Assembly: GCA_002424295.1 (NCBI GenBank)
Contig: DIQY01000139.1
Coordinates: forward strand, 1-36,981
Direction of reading: 5' to 3'
Source: Ruminococcaceae bacterium UBA5450
Lineage (GTDB): Bacteria > Bacillota > Clostridia > Oscillospirales > Acutalibacteraceae
Length of the DNA stretch: 36,981 bases
Notes under the pieces: model-generated
What the model saw: the letters and a program-made list of their open reading frames with translations, nothing else
Told to the model about the DNA's origin: nothing
The model's database searches: none
Shown: positions 17,401 through 25,798 of the stretch, piece after piece
How the letters are laid out: each line of letters opens with the position of its first letter
Numbering within the stretch: the stretch's first letter is position 1
Position numbers and translations under genes: made by a program

Positions 17401-18882
17401 TTATTTCCCTCCCATTGTAGTTTGATCAGAATTAAGGCTTGCAGAATCAGTCATTTTTTGTTTCGCGTTTTCCTGTTCTGCTTTTTGCTTCTCGACTTCC
17501 TTTTTGGCTTTTTCATAGTAGCGGTCAAGAAGGTCATCGTCTACACGATCCAGTTCACTGCGCGGAAGGGTCGCAAGTAACTGCCAGCCTAAATCAAGGC
17601 TTTGCGCAAGCGTTCGATTTTCATGGAATCCCTGCCGTAAAAAGCGATGTTCAAAGAGATTGCCAAATTTTATATAATCTTTGTCGATAGGGGATAGTTC
17701 TTCTTCACCGATTACGCTTGCCAAAGACCGTGCATCATTTACTTTTGCATAGCTTGCGAAAAGCTGATTTGCGAGAGCCGGATGATCTTCGCGGGTAAAT
17801 CCTTTGCCGATACCGTCCTTCATAAGACGAGAAAGACTTGGGAGAACACTGACAGGAGGATAAATGCCGTTTGCATCCAAATTGCGATCCAAAGAAATCT
17901 GTCCTTCTGTAATATAGCCGGTCAAATCAGGAACCGGGTGCGTAACGTCATCATTTGGCATTGTTAAAATTGGTAGCTGCGTAACACTGCCGGGTTTGTC
18001 TTTTATCATACCTGCACGTTCATAAAGGCTTGCAAAGTCGCTGTATAAATAACCAGGGAATCCCTTTCTTCCTGGAATTTCTCCTTTTGAGGAGCTAAAC
18101 TCACGCAAAGCTTCCGCATAGCTTGTCATATCGGTCATAATAACAAGAATGTGCATTCCAAGTTCAAAAGCCAGATATTCGGCAACTGTCAGCGCACAGC
18201 GCGGACAGAGAGTACGTTCAATAATTGGGTCACTGGCAAGGTTTAAAAACATGACGACCTTGCCAAGAACACCGCTTTCTTCAAAACTGCGTTGAAAATA
18301 TTCTGCTACATCATTCGTAACGCCCATGGCGGCAAAAACGATTGCAAAGTTATCTTCTCCACCCTTATCAGTGATCTTTGCCTGACGAGCAATCTGAACT
18401 GCCAATTCATTGTGCTTCATGCCGGAGCCGGAAAAAATCGGCAGCTTTTGTCCACGAATCAGCGTAGTCAGCACATCAATCGAGGAAATGCCGGTATTAA
18501 TATAATTCTGTGGGTATTTTCGACTGACAGGATTGATTGGGGTACCGTTGATGTCAGCACATTTTACAGGGAAGATATCGCCGAGCCCATCAATTGGGTG
18601 ACCGGCTCCATTAAACACACGTCCAAGAATTTCGGGAGACAGCGCCATTTCCATCGGGTGTCCGGTTAGACGAGTGCGTGTGTTTGTCAGTGAAATTCCG
18701 CGTGTTCCTTCAAATACCTGAATCACGACACGAGAGCCTTCCATCTGAACTACACGTCCCTGGCGCTGGGTACCGTTTTCGAGCTGAATGGTTACCATTT
18801 CATCAAAGGAAATATTCGGGACGTCATCCAGAACGATCAGGGAACCGTTGATTTCTTTGACTCCAACATAATCCAAAATCAT
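17401..18882 (-). CDS. ntpB: V/A-type ATP synthase subunit B
   Basis: RGQKLPIFSGSG, TDMTSYAEALRE, PGRKGFPGYLYSD, PDLTGYITEGQI, SLSRLM motifs. Confidence 0.97.
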   Translation of the reverse strand: MILDYVGVKEINGSLIVLDDVPNISFDEMVTIQLENGTQRQGRVVQMEGSRVVIQVFEGTRGISLTNTRTRLTGHPMEMALSPEILGRVFNGAGHPIDGLGDIFPVKCADINGTPINPVSRKYPQNYINTGISSIDVLTTLIRGQKLPIFSGSGMKHNELAVQIARQAKITDKGGEDNFAIVFAAMGVTNDVAEYFQRSFEESGVLGKVVMFLNLASDPIIERTLCPRCALTVAEYLAFELGMHILVIMTDMTSYAEALREFSSSKGEIPGRKGFPGYLYSDFASLYERAGMIKDKPGSVTQLPILTMPNDDVTHPVPDLTGYITEGQISLDRNLDANGIYPPVSVLPSLSRLMKDGIGKGFTREDHPALANQLFASYAKVNDARSLASVIGEEELSPIDKDYIKFGNLFEHRFLRQGFHENRTLAQSLDLGWQLLATLPRSELDRVDDDLLDRYYEKAKKEVEKQKAEQENAKQKMTDSASLNSDQTTMGGK

Positions 18883-18895
18883 TTTCTGCGCCCCC

Positions 18896-20656
18896 TTAAG
18901 AGTTCATCACGAGTCCGGAAACGGTTTTATCGATTTCGGACAGGTATTGATCGAAAAGTTCCAACTTGTTATTTGGAACATCGTATTTCATCTTAATAAT
19001 TTTATCGAACAGGCCGGATTGTACTAGACCGGAAATCGGAATATTGGTGGTGACCAATTCCTTTGCCTTGTGATAGAGATGGAGAATTACTTCCATCATG
19101 CGCTTTTGCTTCTCGAGCGGAACATAAGTGTCCTCTGGGTGAAAAGCATTTTGCTGCAGAAAACCAACACGAATGACCCTTGCAATCTCAATAACCAACT
19201 TTTGATCATCCGGCAGTACATCAGCACCAATCAATTTTACGATTTCCATCAGCTTATTTTCTTCCAACAGGATGGAGCTGATTTCAGAACGATATTTGAT
19301 AAATTCAGGGCCAATATTTTTTTCGTACCATGGATTCAAATCGTTGATATATTCCGAATAACTTTCCATCCAGTTGATAGCAGGATAATGGCGCGCATAG
19401 GCGAGCGATTTATCGAGCGCCCAGAAACAACGGGTGAAACGTTTGGTATTCTGAGTAACCGGTTCGGAAAAATCACCGCCTGCAGGAGAGACAGCACCGA
19501 TCAACGTAATGGAACCTTCACTTTCGTTTAGGTTTTTCACGAAACCAGAGCGCTCATAAAATTCTGCCAGACGGCTGGGCAGATAGGCTGGGAATCCTTC
19601 TTCAGCAGGCATTTCTTCCAAACGGCCGCTGATTTCACGCAGAGCTTCTGCCCAACGCGAGGTAGAGTCTGCCATCATTGCCACATGATAGCCCATATCG
19701 CGGTAGTATTCACAGAGTGTTACACCAGTATAGATACTTGCTTCACGGGCAGCAACAGGCATATTGGAGGTGTTTGCAATCAGAACGGTACGGTCGGTCA
19801 TGGGACGTCCGCTTTTTGGATCAATTAGGGCGCCGAATTCTTCCAAGACCTGACTCATTTCATTTCCACGTTCTCCGCAGCCGACATAAACAATGATATC
19901 TGCATCGCACCATTTTGCAAGTTGGTGCTGTGTCATCGTTTTCCCGGAACCAAAACCGCCAGGAATTGCTGCCGAACCGCCTTTTGCAATTGGGAACAGC
20001 GTATCAATGACACGCTGGCCGGTGATCAGTGGTACAAAACTTGGCTGCCGTTCTTTTACAGGGCGCGGGGTTCGAATCGGCCAGCGCTGGCAGAGAGTCA
20101 GTGGGTGAACGGAACCCTCTTCGTCAGTAATTTCTGCAATCGTATCGTTGACCCGATAGCTGCCATTTTCCATCACTTTTGTAAACGTGCCGGAAAGGGC
20201 AGGAGGAACAAGGCAGCGATGCTCGATCGCCGGCGTTTCCGGGCAGGTAGCATAAATTTGCCCAGGAGAAGCTTGATCGCCTTGTTTTACTTTCAGGGTC
20301 ATATCCCATTTGCGCTCCTGATCGAGTGCGGGCACATTACAGCCGCGCGCAATAAATGCGCCGGAAGAATCTGCAATCGCTTTTAAGGGGCGCTCAATTC
20401 CATCAAAAATATTATCCAGAATTCCAGGACCAAGCGTTACATTCATCGGGAACCCGGTTCCGGTGATCGGCTCACCTGGGCGAAGTCCCGTGGTCTCTTC
20501 ATAAACCTGGATTGTAGTGCGGTCGTCGGTGATGCCAATTACTTCACCAACAAGCTTTTGCGTTCCTACATAGACCATTTCCATCATAGAAAAGTCTTTG
20601 GTGTCTTTTACGGTGACGACCGGACCGTTAATGCCGAAAATCACATTTCTACTCAT
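18896..20656 (-). CDS. ntpA: V/A-type ATP synthase catalytic subunit A
   Basis: P-loop PGGFGSGKT, GCGERGNEM, ANTSNMPVAAREAS, DSTSRWAEALRE, EEGFPAYL motifs. Confidence 0.98.
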   Translation of the reverse strand: MSRNVIFGINGPVVTVKDTKDFSMMEMVYVGTQKLVGEVIGITDDRTTIQVYEETTGLRPGEPITGTGFPMNVTLGPGILDNIFDGIERPLKAIADSSGAFIARGCNVPALDQERKWDMTLKVKQGDQASPGQIYATCPETPAIEHRCLVPPALSGTFTKVMENGSYRVNDTIAEITDEEGSVHPLTLCQRWPIRTPRPVKERQPSFVPLITGQRVIDTLFPIAKGGSAAIPGGFGSGKTMTQHQLAKWCDADIIVYVGCGERGNEMSQVLEEFGALIDPKSGRPMTDRTVLIANTSNMPVAAREASIYTGVTLCEYYRDMGYHVAMMADSTSRWAEALREISGRLEEMPAEEGFPAYLPSRLAEFYERSGFVKNLNESEGSITLIGAVSPAGGDFSEPVTQNTKRFTRCFWALDKSLAYARHYPAINWMESYSEYINDLNPWYEKNIGPEFIKYRSEISSILLEENKLMEIVKLIGADVLPDDQKLVIEIARVIRVGFLQQNAFHPEDTYVPLEKQKRMMEVILHLYHKAKELVTTNIPISGLVQSGLFDKIIKMKYDVPNNKLELFDQYLSEIDKTVSGLVMNS

Positions 20657-20674
20657 TCACAGTTACCTCAATCG

Positions 20675-21319
20675 TCATACTATTTCCATATTGGTGTTTT
20701 CCGCAAACCATTTGCGCTGATTTTCCAAAAGAGAATCAAAAGTTTCATCAGCAACAATTCCCTGCGTATTGCTTTCAGCCCAAAAACCGCCGAGCCGAAT
20801 TCTTCGGTCTATCCGGAAGATACAACGGCCCAAAAGCGGCTCTAGCAGATCTTCGTATTTTTTATCTTCTTCCCGCAGATAGACTACAGTATCTCCTACT
20901 GTAAAGAGTGGCTTCATTTTTAATGCGCACTTCTTTAAGTACTCAGAATATTCGGACCCATTTGCGTAGTCCAGAAGCTTTTTTGCAGCATTGTTAAAGA
21001 CTTCTTCAGTGATTGCTTTTCGACGTTTTAACAGTGCCTGTCGGCCTTCCAATTCTTTTTTTGCCATTTCACGGGCGATAGAGGAGGTCATGGTTGCCAT
21101 TTCCTTCTGAATCATCTCGTAGGCTTCCTGTAGGACCTGGTCTGTTGCCTTTTCGAGTTCTTTTTGTTTATAATCTAAGATTTCCTGTTTGATTTTCTGA
21201 CGTTGTTCGCTGGCATATTGGTTAATTGCCTCATAGAATTTTCCAACGCGGAAATCTTCCTGATTTACCGTAGCTGGTGCCGAAATATCGGCTGGGGCTG
21301 CGGAAGGATTTGTTTTCAT
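20675..21319 (-). CDS. ntpE: V/A-type ATP synthase subunit E
   Basis: Long N-terminal coiled coil and C-terminal 'LGG.......IVADETFDS.L'. Located between F and A. RBS GGAGGT. Confidence 0.85.
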   Translation of the reverse strand: MKTNPSAAPADISAPATVNQEDFRVGKFYEAINQYASEQRQKIKQEILDYKQKELEKATDQVLQEAYEMIQKEMATMTSSIAREMAKKELEGRQALLKRRKAITEEVFNNAAKKLLDYANGSEYSEYLKKCALKMKPLFTVGDTVVYLREEDKKYEDLLEPLLGRCIFRIDRRIRLGGFWAESNTQGIVADETFDSLLENQRKWFAENTNMEIV

Positions 21320-21340
21320 CAGTCTGCACCTCCCTACAGG

Positions 21341-21649
21341 TTAAATTTTTACCCCGATGGCTTCGCGGACATATCGGGTAATAGAGTCTTTTGTACGTCC
21401 GTTCCCATGGCGATCCGGAATTTCTACAATTAATGGTTTTTTCATTTTTAATTTTAGGGTATAGATTTTTTCCGGACAAAGCTGTAATAAGGTAGCAGTG
21501 ATTAAAATAACTGCTACATCGTCCATTTGGATTGCGTCGTCCAATGCTTTTTGTACTTCTTCGGCCTTGTGTACGACGACTCCATCAATTCCCGCAAGCC
21601 GCATGCCCTCTTGCGTATCAACGTTATCGCTGATTAGATAAAAACGCAT
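21341..21649 (-). CDS. V/A-type ATP synthase subunit F
   Basis: ISDNVDT..GMRLAGI, PLIVEIPD, YVREAIGVKI motifs. Confidence 0.92.
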   Translation of the reverse strand: MRFYLISDNVDTQEGMRLAGIDGVVVHKAEEVQKALDDAIQMDDVAVILITATLLQLCPEKIYTLKLKMKKPLIVEIPDRHGNGRTKDSITRYVREAIGVKI

Positions 21650-21652
21650 GGT

Positions 21653-22057
21653 TCACACCTTCGTAAAGAGCAGAATTGCAATCAGCAAGCCATACAGTGC
21701 AATGCCTTCGCCCAATGCAACGAAGATGATTGCTTTACCAAAGTTCTTAGAATCTTCACTGCAGGCACCGATTGCTGCAGCGGCACTGGGGCCAACTGCG
21801 ATTCCGCCGCCGACGCCGCCGATACCAACCGCGAGGCCGGCAGCGATTGCTACCAGACCATTAGCGCTGGAAGCAACGGCATCTGCTGCATGGGCGGTCA
21901 TTGGGATTGCCAGGGTAACGACACCGACCAAAAGGCAGGAGAAAATCTGCACCATTAGAGCAGTACGGGGCTTTTTTCCGTGGTTTACCGCGCGGATGGC
22001 CCACATTACAGAACCAATTAAAAATATTACTGGAACAGCTAATAAAATTGCAGTCAT
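21653..22057 (-). CDS. ntpK: V/A-type ATP synthase proteolipid subunit c/K with N-terminal extension
   Basis: Gly/Ala-rich helix (AAGLAVGIGGVGGGIAVG), loop SED..NFG and carboxylate helix LGEGIALYG. GGAGG at 22066-22070 supports ATG at 22057 (134 aa). Confidence 0.9.
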   Translation of the reverse strand: MTAILLAVPVIFLIGSVMWAIRAVNHGKKPRTALMVQIFSCLLVGVVTLAIPMTAHAADAVASSANGLVAIAAGLAVGIGGVGGGIAVGPSAAAAIGACSEDSKNFGKAIIFVALGEGIALYGLLIAILLFTKV

Positions 22058-22098
22058 AACAAAAACCTCCAAGTCAAATTGAATTCATTTTAATTATT

Positions 22099-24039
22099 TT
22101 AAGATGGGACACGAACCTCTACTGGAGTAAAGGGACGACCGTCGCCATCGTAAAAACGACTGAACATTTCATAGAAATTCAGACGAAGGACGTGGATGCT
22201 TACGAGCAATCCTTCCAACGCCATCACGAAAATATTGCCGATTACAAGAACAATTGGATAACCGACACCACCGACCATATCTGCAAGCGTAAATACCATA
22301 TTCATCATGCCAGCATGGACTAGTACAAAAGCACCTACTCGCAAAAATGAAACGGTGTTACTGAGGTAAGAAAGAAGAAATTCAAATAATTCAAAGAAAT
22401 TCTGAACAATAAATTCGCCCCATTTTTCCGGTTTCCAATCGGGCTTATGTTCCATAAGGCCGCCGAAAACTTCGCGGAAAAACATAACTAAGAGAGGCAA
22501 AACGATCAGAAGAGTTACATAAAGAGGGGTCATAACCGGAGTACCAAGAAGCTGCAGGACGAATCCAAAGACAATGCTAATATAGAAAATCAGACCAGCA
22601 ACTCCATTTTGTCCGAAAAGTGCACGCTCATAGTGTCTTTGACGAAGAGAAGAGATAATATTGAGAAACATAGCGACGATTAGGAGAACAACACCGATAG
22701 AAACAGCAACGATCAAAATATTAGTCGTTGTGCTTCCTTCCATAACGGAAATAGGTTTTTCTGAAAATCCGAGTGCATAATAGAGCGGGTCAAGCAAATG
22801 CTCAAATCCAAATACGGAACCGAATACAGAGCCGAAAATACAAGAAGAAATTCCACAAGGCATTAAAATGTGTCCGAGAGGCATGTTTTTCTTTTTCCAC
22901 ATCCATAAGCCAAGCAGAAATGCACAGATACCATGCCCTACATCGCCAAACATGATGCCAAATAATGTCACAAAAATACAGGCGAGGAGGGGAGTTGGAT
23001 CGATTTCGCTGTAATTTGGCAGGCCGTACATTTCAGTAAAATATTCAAAAGATTTAAATGGACGGCGATTATGCAGCTTTACCGGTGGGGAATGAACCAG
23101 CTCATTAGAAGCATCATCAAGGTTGTATTCCACGCTGGAACACTGATCCAGTTTGCTGGTAAAAGAATTTTCAGCTTCCTGAGGAATCCAGCCTGAAAGA
23201 ATGAAAAATCCATTATATTGGAATGCGTATTTTCGAATTCCAAAATAGGTATTTTTAATTGTCAGCCATGAATAAATCAGGTTGCAGCGTTCCTGCTCAT
23301 CTTTCCAAAGCTGTTGAATCTCGTCATCGACCTTTTTTAACTCATTGCGGGAAGTGTCGGCTTCTTTTTTAAATTGTCCGACAGCTTCTTTTGGAGTGCC
23401 GTCGAAGCGTTCCAGATCCAGTGGCTGAAAATACAGACGGGAAAAAATTCGGTCAATTTCCGAACATTGCTCCAAGGGGCAGATATAAACGCCCCAAACT
23501 GTTTTTTCATCCGATGTACAAGGAAAAAACACTACAAATGGGTTATCTTCATATGTTTTTAACTGTTCATAACCGGCCCTTGGCAAAGAGCCGAAGTGAA
23601 TAGAGATAAACTGACATACACGAATTTTTTTCAAATCAACTGACAGCCCGACAAAATGGGAAGCATCTCTTGCGTCTTGTTCATGGTGCTGTACTTCTTT
23701 TGAAATTTTTTCGTGCTGTGCTTGAAGTTTTGCGATACGATTAGAAATTGCCTGTGCATAGTGAAGAGCCTGAACAGGCTTTAGCTGTTTCTTTTCAGTT
23801 TCTTCTTCTGAGAAAAGATGAAGAGGCTGCCCAATCGATTTGATTGAAGAAGAAAGCTGCTGCAAAGGTGCCTGATATGGGTTATCTTCACTTAAAGGCA
23901 GAAAGGATTCTGTGTTGGAGTAAAAATTCATCGCATTATCCGGGTGAAAGAGGTGACTTTTTCCGCAGATTGCAGTCACTGAATCCAATTCACTTAGTTG
24001 TCCTATCATGCTGATGATTTTCACTTTGATAATAGCCAA
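22099..24039 (-). CDS. ntpI: V/A-type ATP synthase subunit I (a)
   Basis: GWIP, YGLP.Y.EIDPT, FGIMFGD.GHG, SNTVSFLRVGA (essential Arg), LRLNFYEMFSRFY motifs. TTG start after GGAAGGAG. Confidence 0.95.
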   Translation of the reverse strand: MAIIKVKIISMIGQLSELDSVTAICGKSHLFHPDNAMNFYSNTESFLPLSEDNPYQAPLQQLSSSIKSIGQPLHLFSEEETEKKQLKPVQALHYAQAISNRIAKLQAQHEKISKEVQHHEQDARDASHFVGLSVDLKKIRVCQFISIHFGSLPRAGYEQLKTYEDNPFVVFFPCTSDEKTVWGVYICPLEQCSEIDRIFSRLYFQPLDLERFDGTPKEAVGQFKKEADTSRNELKKVDDEIQQLWKDEQERCNLIYSWLTIKNTYFGIRKYAFQYNGFFILSGWIPQEAENSFTSKLDQCSSVEYNLDDASNELVHSPPVKLHNRRPFKSFEYFTEMYGLPNYSEIDPTPLLACIFVTLFGIMFGDVGHGICAFLLGLWMWKKKNMPLGHILMPCGISSCIFGSVFGSVFGFEHLLDPLYYALGFSEKPISVMEGSTTTNILIVAVSIGVVLLIVAMFLNIISSLRQRHYERALFGQNGVAGLIFYISIVFGFVLQLLGTPVMTPLYVTLLIVLPLLVMFFREVFGGLMEHKPDWKPEKWGEFIVQNFFELFEFLLSYLSNTVSFLRVGAFVLVHAGMMNMVFTLADMVGGVGYPIVLVIGNIFVMALEGLLVSIHVLRLNFYEMFSRFYDGDGRPFTPVEVRVPS

Positions 24040-24042
24040 GGT

Positions 24043-25104
24043 TTAAGAACTCCTTCCACTGAACCGCTCGGGGTTCAGAAGATTTTGAATTTCTGCTTTC
24101 TGCAGTTGGTAACGGACTCCTTCAACCAGCGTGGTCAGATCATGTAGTTCTGATTGAAGAAGAAAAACATAGGAGAAAAGCACGACGCTGGGGTTGGGAC
24201 TAAAGCGAATCTTTTTGCGGCAGTCATGATATTCGATATAAAAAATCAGATCGTCTGGATCTTGGTGTGGGGTGGAGAGTGTGCGCTTCCCGACTCGCGT
24301 TGTCTGCATGATTTCAGTGGCTTCTTTGTCGGACTCTGCTGCTGCCATTCGATCAAGCGTTTCTTTTTTTAGGCTGCCAAAAGGCAGCAGAAGCGATTTG
24401 ATTTGATCGGGGTCAGCGTGATAAGTTCGCTTTAAACGAATGATTCGGCTGTAATTATTGAGATCGATGTAATCATCAAAAATACGCAGCAATTCTTCAC
24501 GGGTCTGTCCTTTTGTTTCTCTATAAATGACTTGATAGAGCCGTTGAAACAGGTCAATCCACAAAGCGCTTTCAATTCCGGTATAGTCAACTTGTTCTTC
24601 AGAATTTTTTGGAGCAAATGCCAAAAGAATTTTTTCATACTGTGTATGGGAAAGTGCATGAAGCAACTGATCATAGCTGGAGAGCGTATGAAGCGCTTTT
24701 TCGTCAATTTCCGTTTGGTGCGCTGCGCTTTCTGGAATCAAAAAGAAAGGATCTTCCATTTGCCCGGAATTCAGTCTTGTGATGCAGCGCAGAATCATTT
24801 GGATTTCCAGTTTTTGAAGCAGGTAAGCTGAAACATGTTCCCCAAGATTCAGATCGTAGCGAGCTAATTTTGCGCTTTCGCTGAAGAGCCGCTCTCGCAG
24901 ACAGGCTTCTAGCTGACCGCGGTGAATATGAAATTCATCGATCGAAACGAGGACGGAACGATACGCGGTATGTGCTTTTAGATAAGTGGCAATGTCATTG
25001 ACAGAAGAACAATCCAGAAGAGCCATCCAGTCCTCAAAGCGCAGCCTTTGGCCATAAAGTGCGCGCGCCTTACTGAGGACGGCATTTGATGAGGTCTGTC
25101 CCAT
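24043..25104 (-). CDS. ntpC: V/A-type ATP synthase subunit C (AC39/d family)
   Basis: N-terminal 'KARA.YG..L', 'ID..N...IIRLK', C-terminal 'E...L..LVEGVRY'. ATG at 25104 follows GGAGGG. Confidence 0.88.
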   Translation of the reverse strand: MGQTSSNAVLSKARALYGQRLRFEDWMALLDCSSVNDIATYLKAHTAYRSVLVSIDEFHIHRGQLEACLRERLFSESAKLARYDLNLGEHVSAYLLQKLEIQMILRCITRLNSGQMEDPFFLIPESAAHQTEIDEKALHTLSSYDQLLHALSHTQYEKILLAFAPKNSEEQVDYTGIESALWIDLFQRLYQVIYRETKGQTREELLRIFDDYIDLNNYSRIIRLKRTYHADPDQIKSLLLPFGSLKKETLDRMAAAESDKEATEIMQTTRVGKRTLSTPHQDPDDLIFYIEYHDCRKKIRFSPNPSVVLFSYVFLLQSELHDLTTLVEGVRYQLQKAEIQNLLNPERFSGRSS

Positions 25105-25106
25105 GG

Positions 25107-25418
25107 TTATCCCTCCAATACACGGCTGACCAATTTCTGAACCCAACCATCATGATTTTGATGGTAAATATCTTCCATCTTTTCTCGCAGAACAGCTTGC
25201 TTCTGTTCTGTTACTTTCCATTTTTCTTCAGCCAATTTACGTTCTTGAGGCTCGTTTTTATGCAAGCGTTCTCTTGCTTCTTTTAAATAAGCATCCCGAA
25301 TTTCTTCTCGGCGCTTAGCAACATCACTGGTAGCCTGAATCTTTTCTTTTTGTGCAAGATCGGTGATTTTTTGAGCCTGCTGATCCATTTTTACGATTTG
25401 GTCAATTAAGTTTTCCAT
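25107..25418 (-). CDS. V/A-type ATP synthase peripheral-stalk subunit G/H
   Basis: 103-aa charged coiled-coil protein, first gene of the operon, RBS AGGAGGT. Confidence 0.75.
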   Translation of the reverse strand: MENLIDQIVKMDQQAQKITDLAQKEKIQATSDVAKRREEIRDAYLKEARERLHKNEPQERKLAEEKWKVTEQKQAVLREKMEDIYHQNHDGWVQKLVSRVLEG

Positions 25419-25444
25419 AGATACACCTCCTAAAATGGCATGAA

Positions 25445-25470
25445 TCCCGGAAAACAGACGTTTTCCGGGA
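25445..25470 (-). promoter_or_regulatory. Perfect hairpin in the predicted 5' leader of the V/A-ATPase operon
   Basis: TCCCGGAAAAC-N4-GTTTTCCGGGA ends 13 nt upstream of the RBS. No U-tract follows on the minus strand. Confidence 0.6.
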
Positions 25471-25501
25471 AAAGATTAACAGCATCTATTTGAAAAGCCT
25501 A

Positions 25502-25529
25502 TAAAATGTAAAATGTAAAATGTAAATTT
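25502..25529. repeat. Heptamer tandem repeat (TAAAATG)x3 plus one degenerate copy
   Basis: TAAAATG at 25502, 25509 and 25516; TAAATTT at 25523. Confidence 0.8.
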
Positions 25530-25555
25530 AAATTTTTATAACTTACTAAGACAGA

Positions 25556-25584
25556 ATCATAGTACAATTACAATCAAAATTCAA
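25556..25584 (-). promoter_or_regulatory. Candidate sigma-A promoter of the V/A-ATPase operon
   Basis: TTGAAT (25584-25579), 17 nt, TATGAT (25561-25556). The region is AT-rich, so a chance match is possible. Confidence 0.5.
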
Positions 25585-25798
25585 GAAAAACATTCACAAA
25601 TCTTACAAAAATCTTTTTAAAATTTGGTAGATATCATCAATAAATTTTCTTCAAAATGCAGAATCAAGAAACACGTATGCAAAATTGATCTAAAAATTCT
25701 ACAACGAAAACAAAAAGCTTAGAATTTATCTTATTTTTTTGCATGTTACAAATTTCGACTCTTAAAAAGATGAATCTTCCACTTGATAAAATTCAAAA

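Noticed and set aside
25582-25610. Possible Rex operator (TTCACAA at 25593-25599) near the ATPase promoter
   Set aside because: Only one half-site; the partner arm CAAGAAA does not match TTGTGAA.
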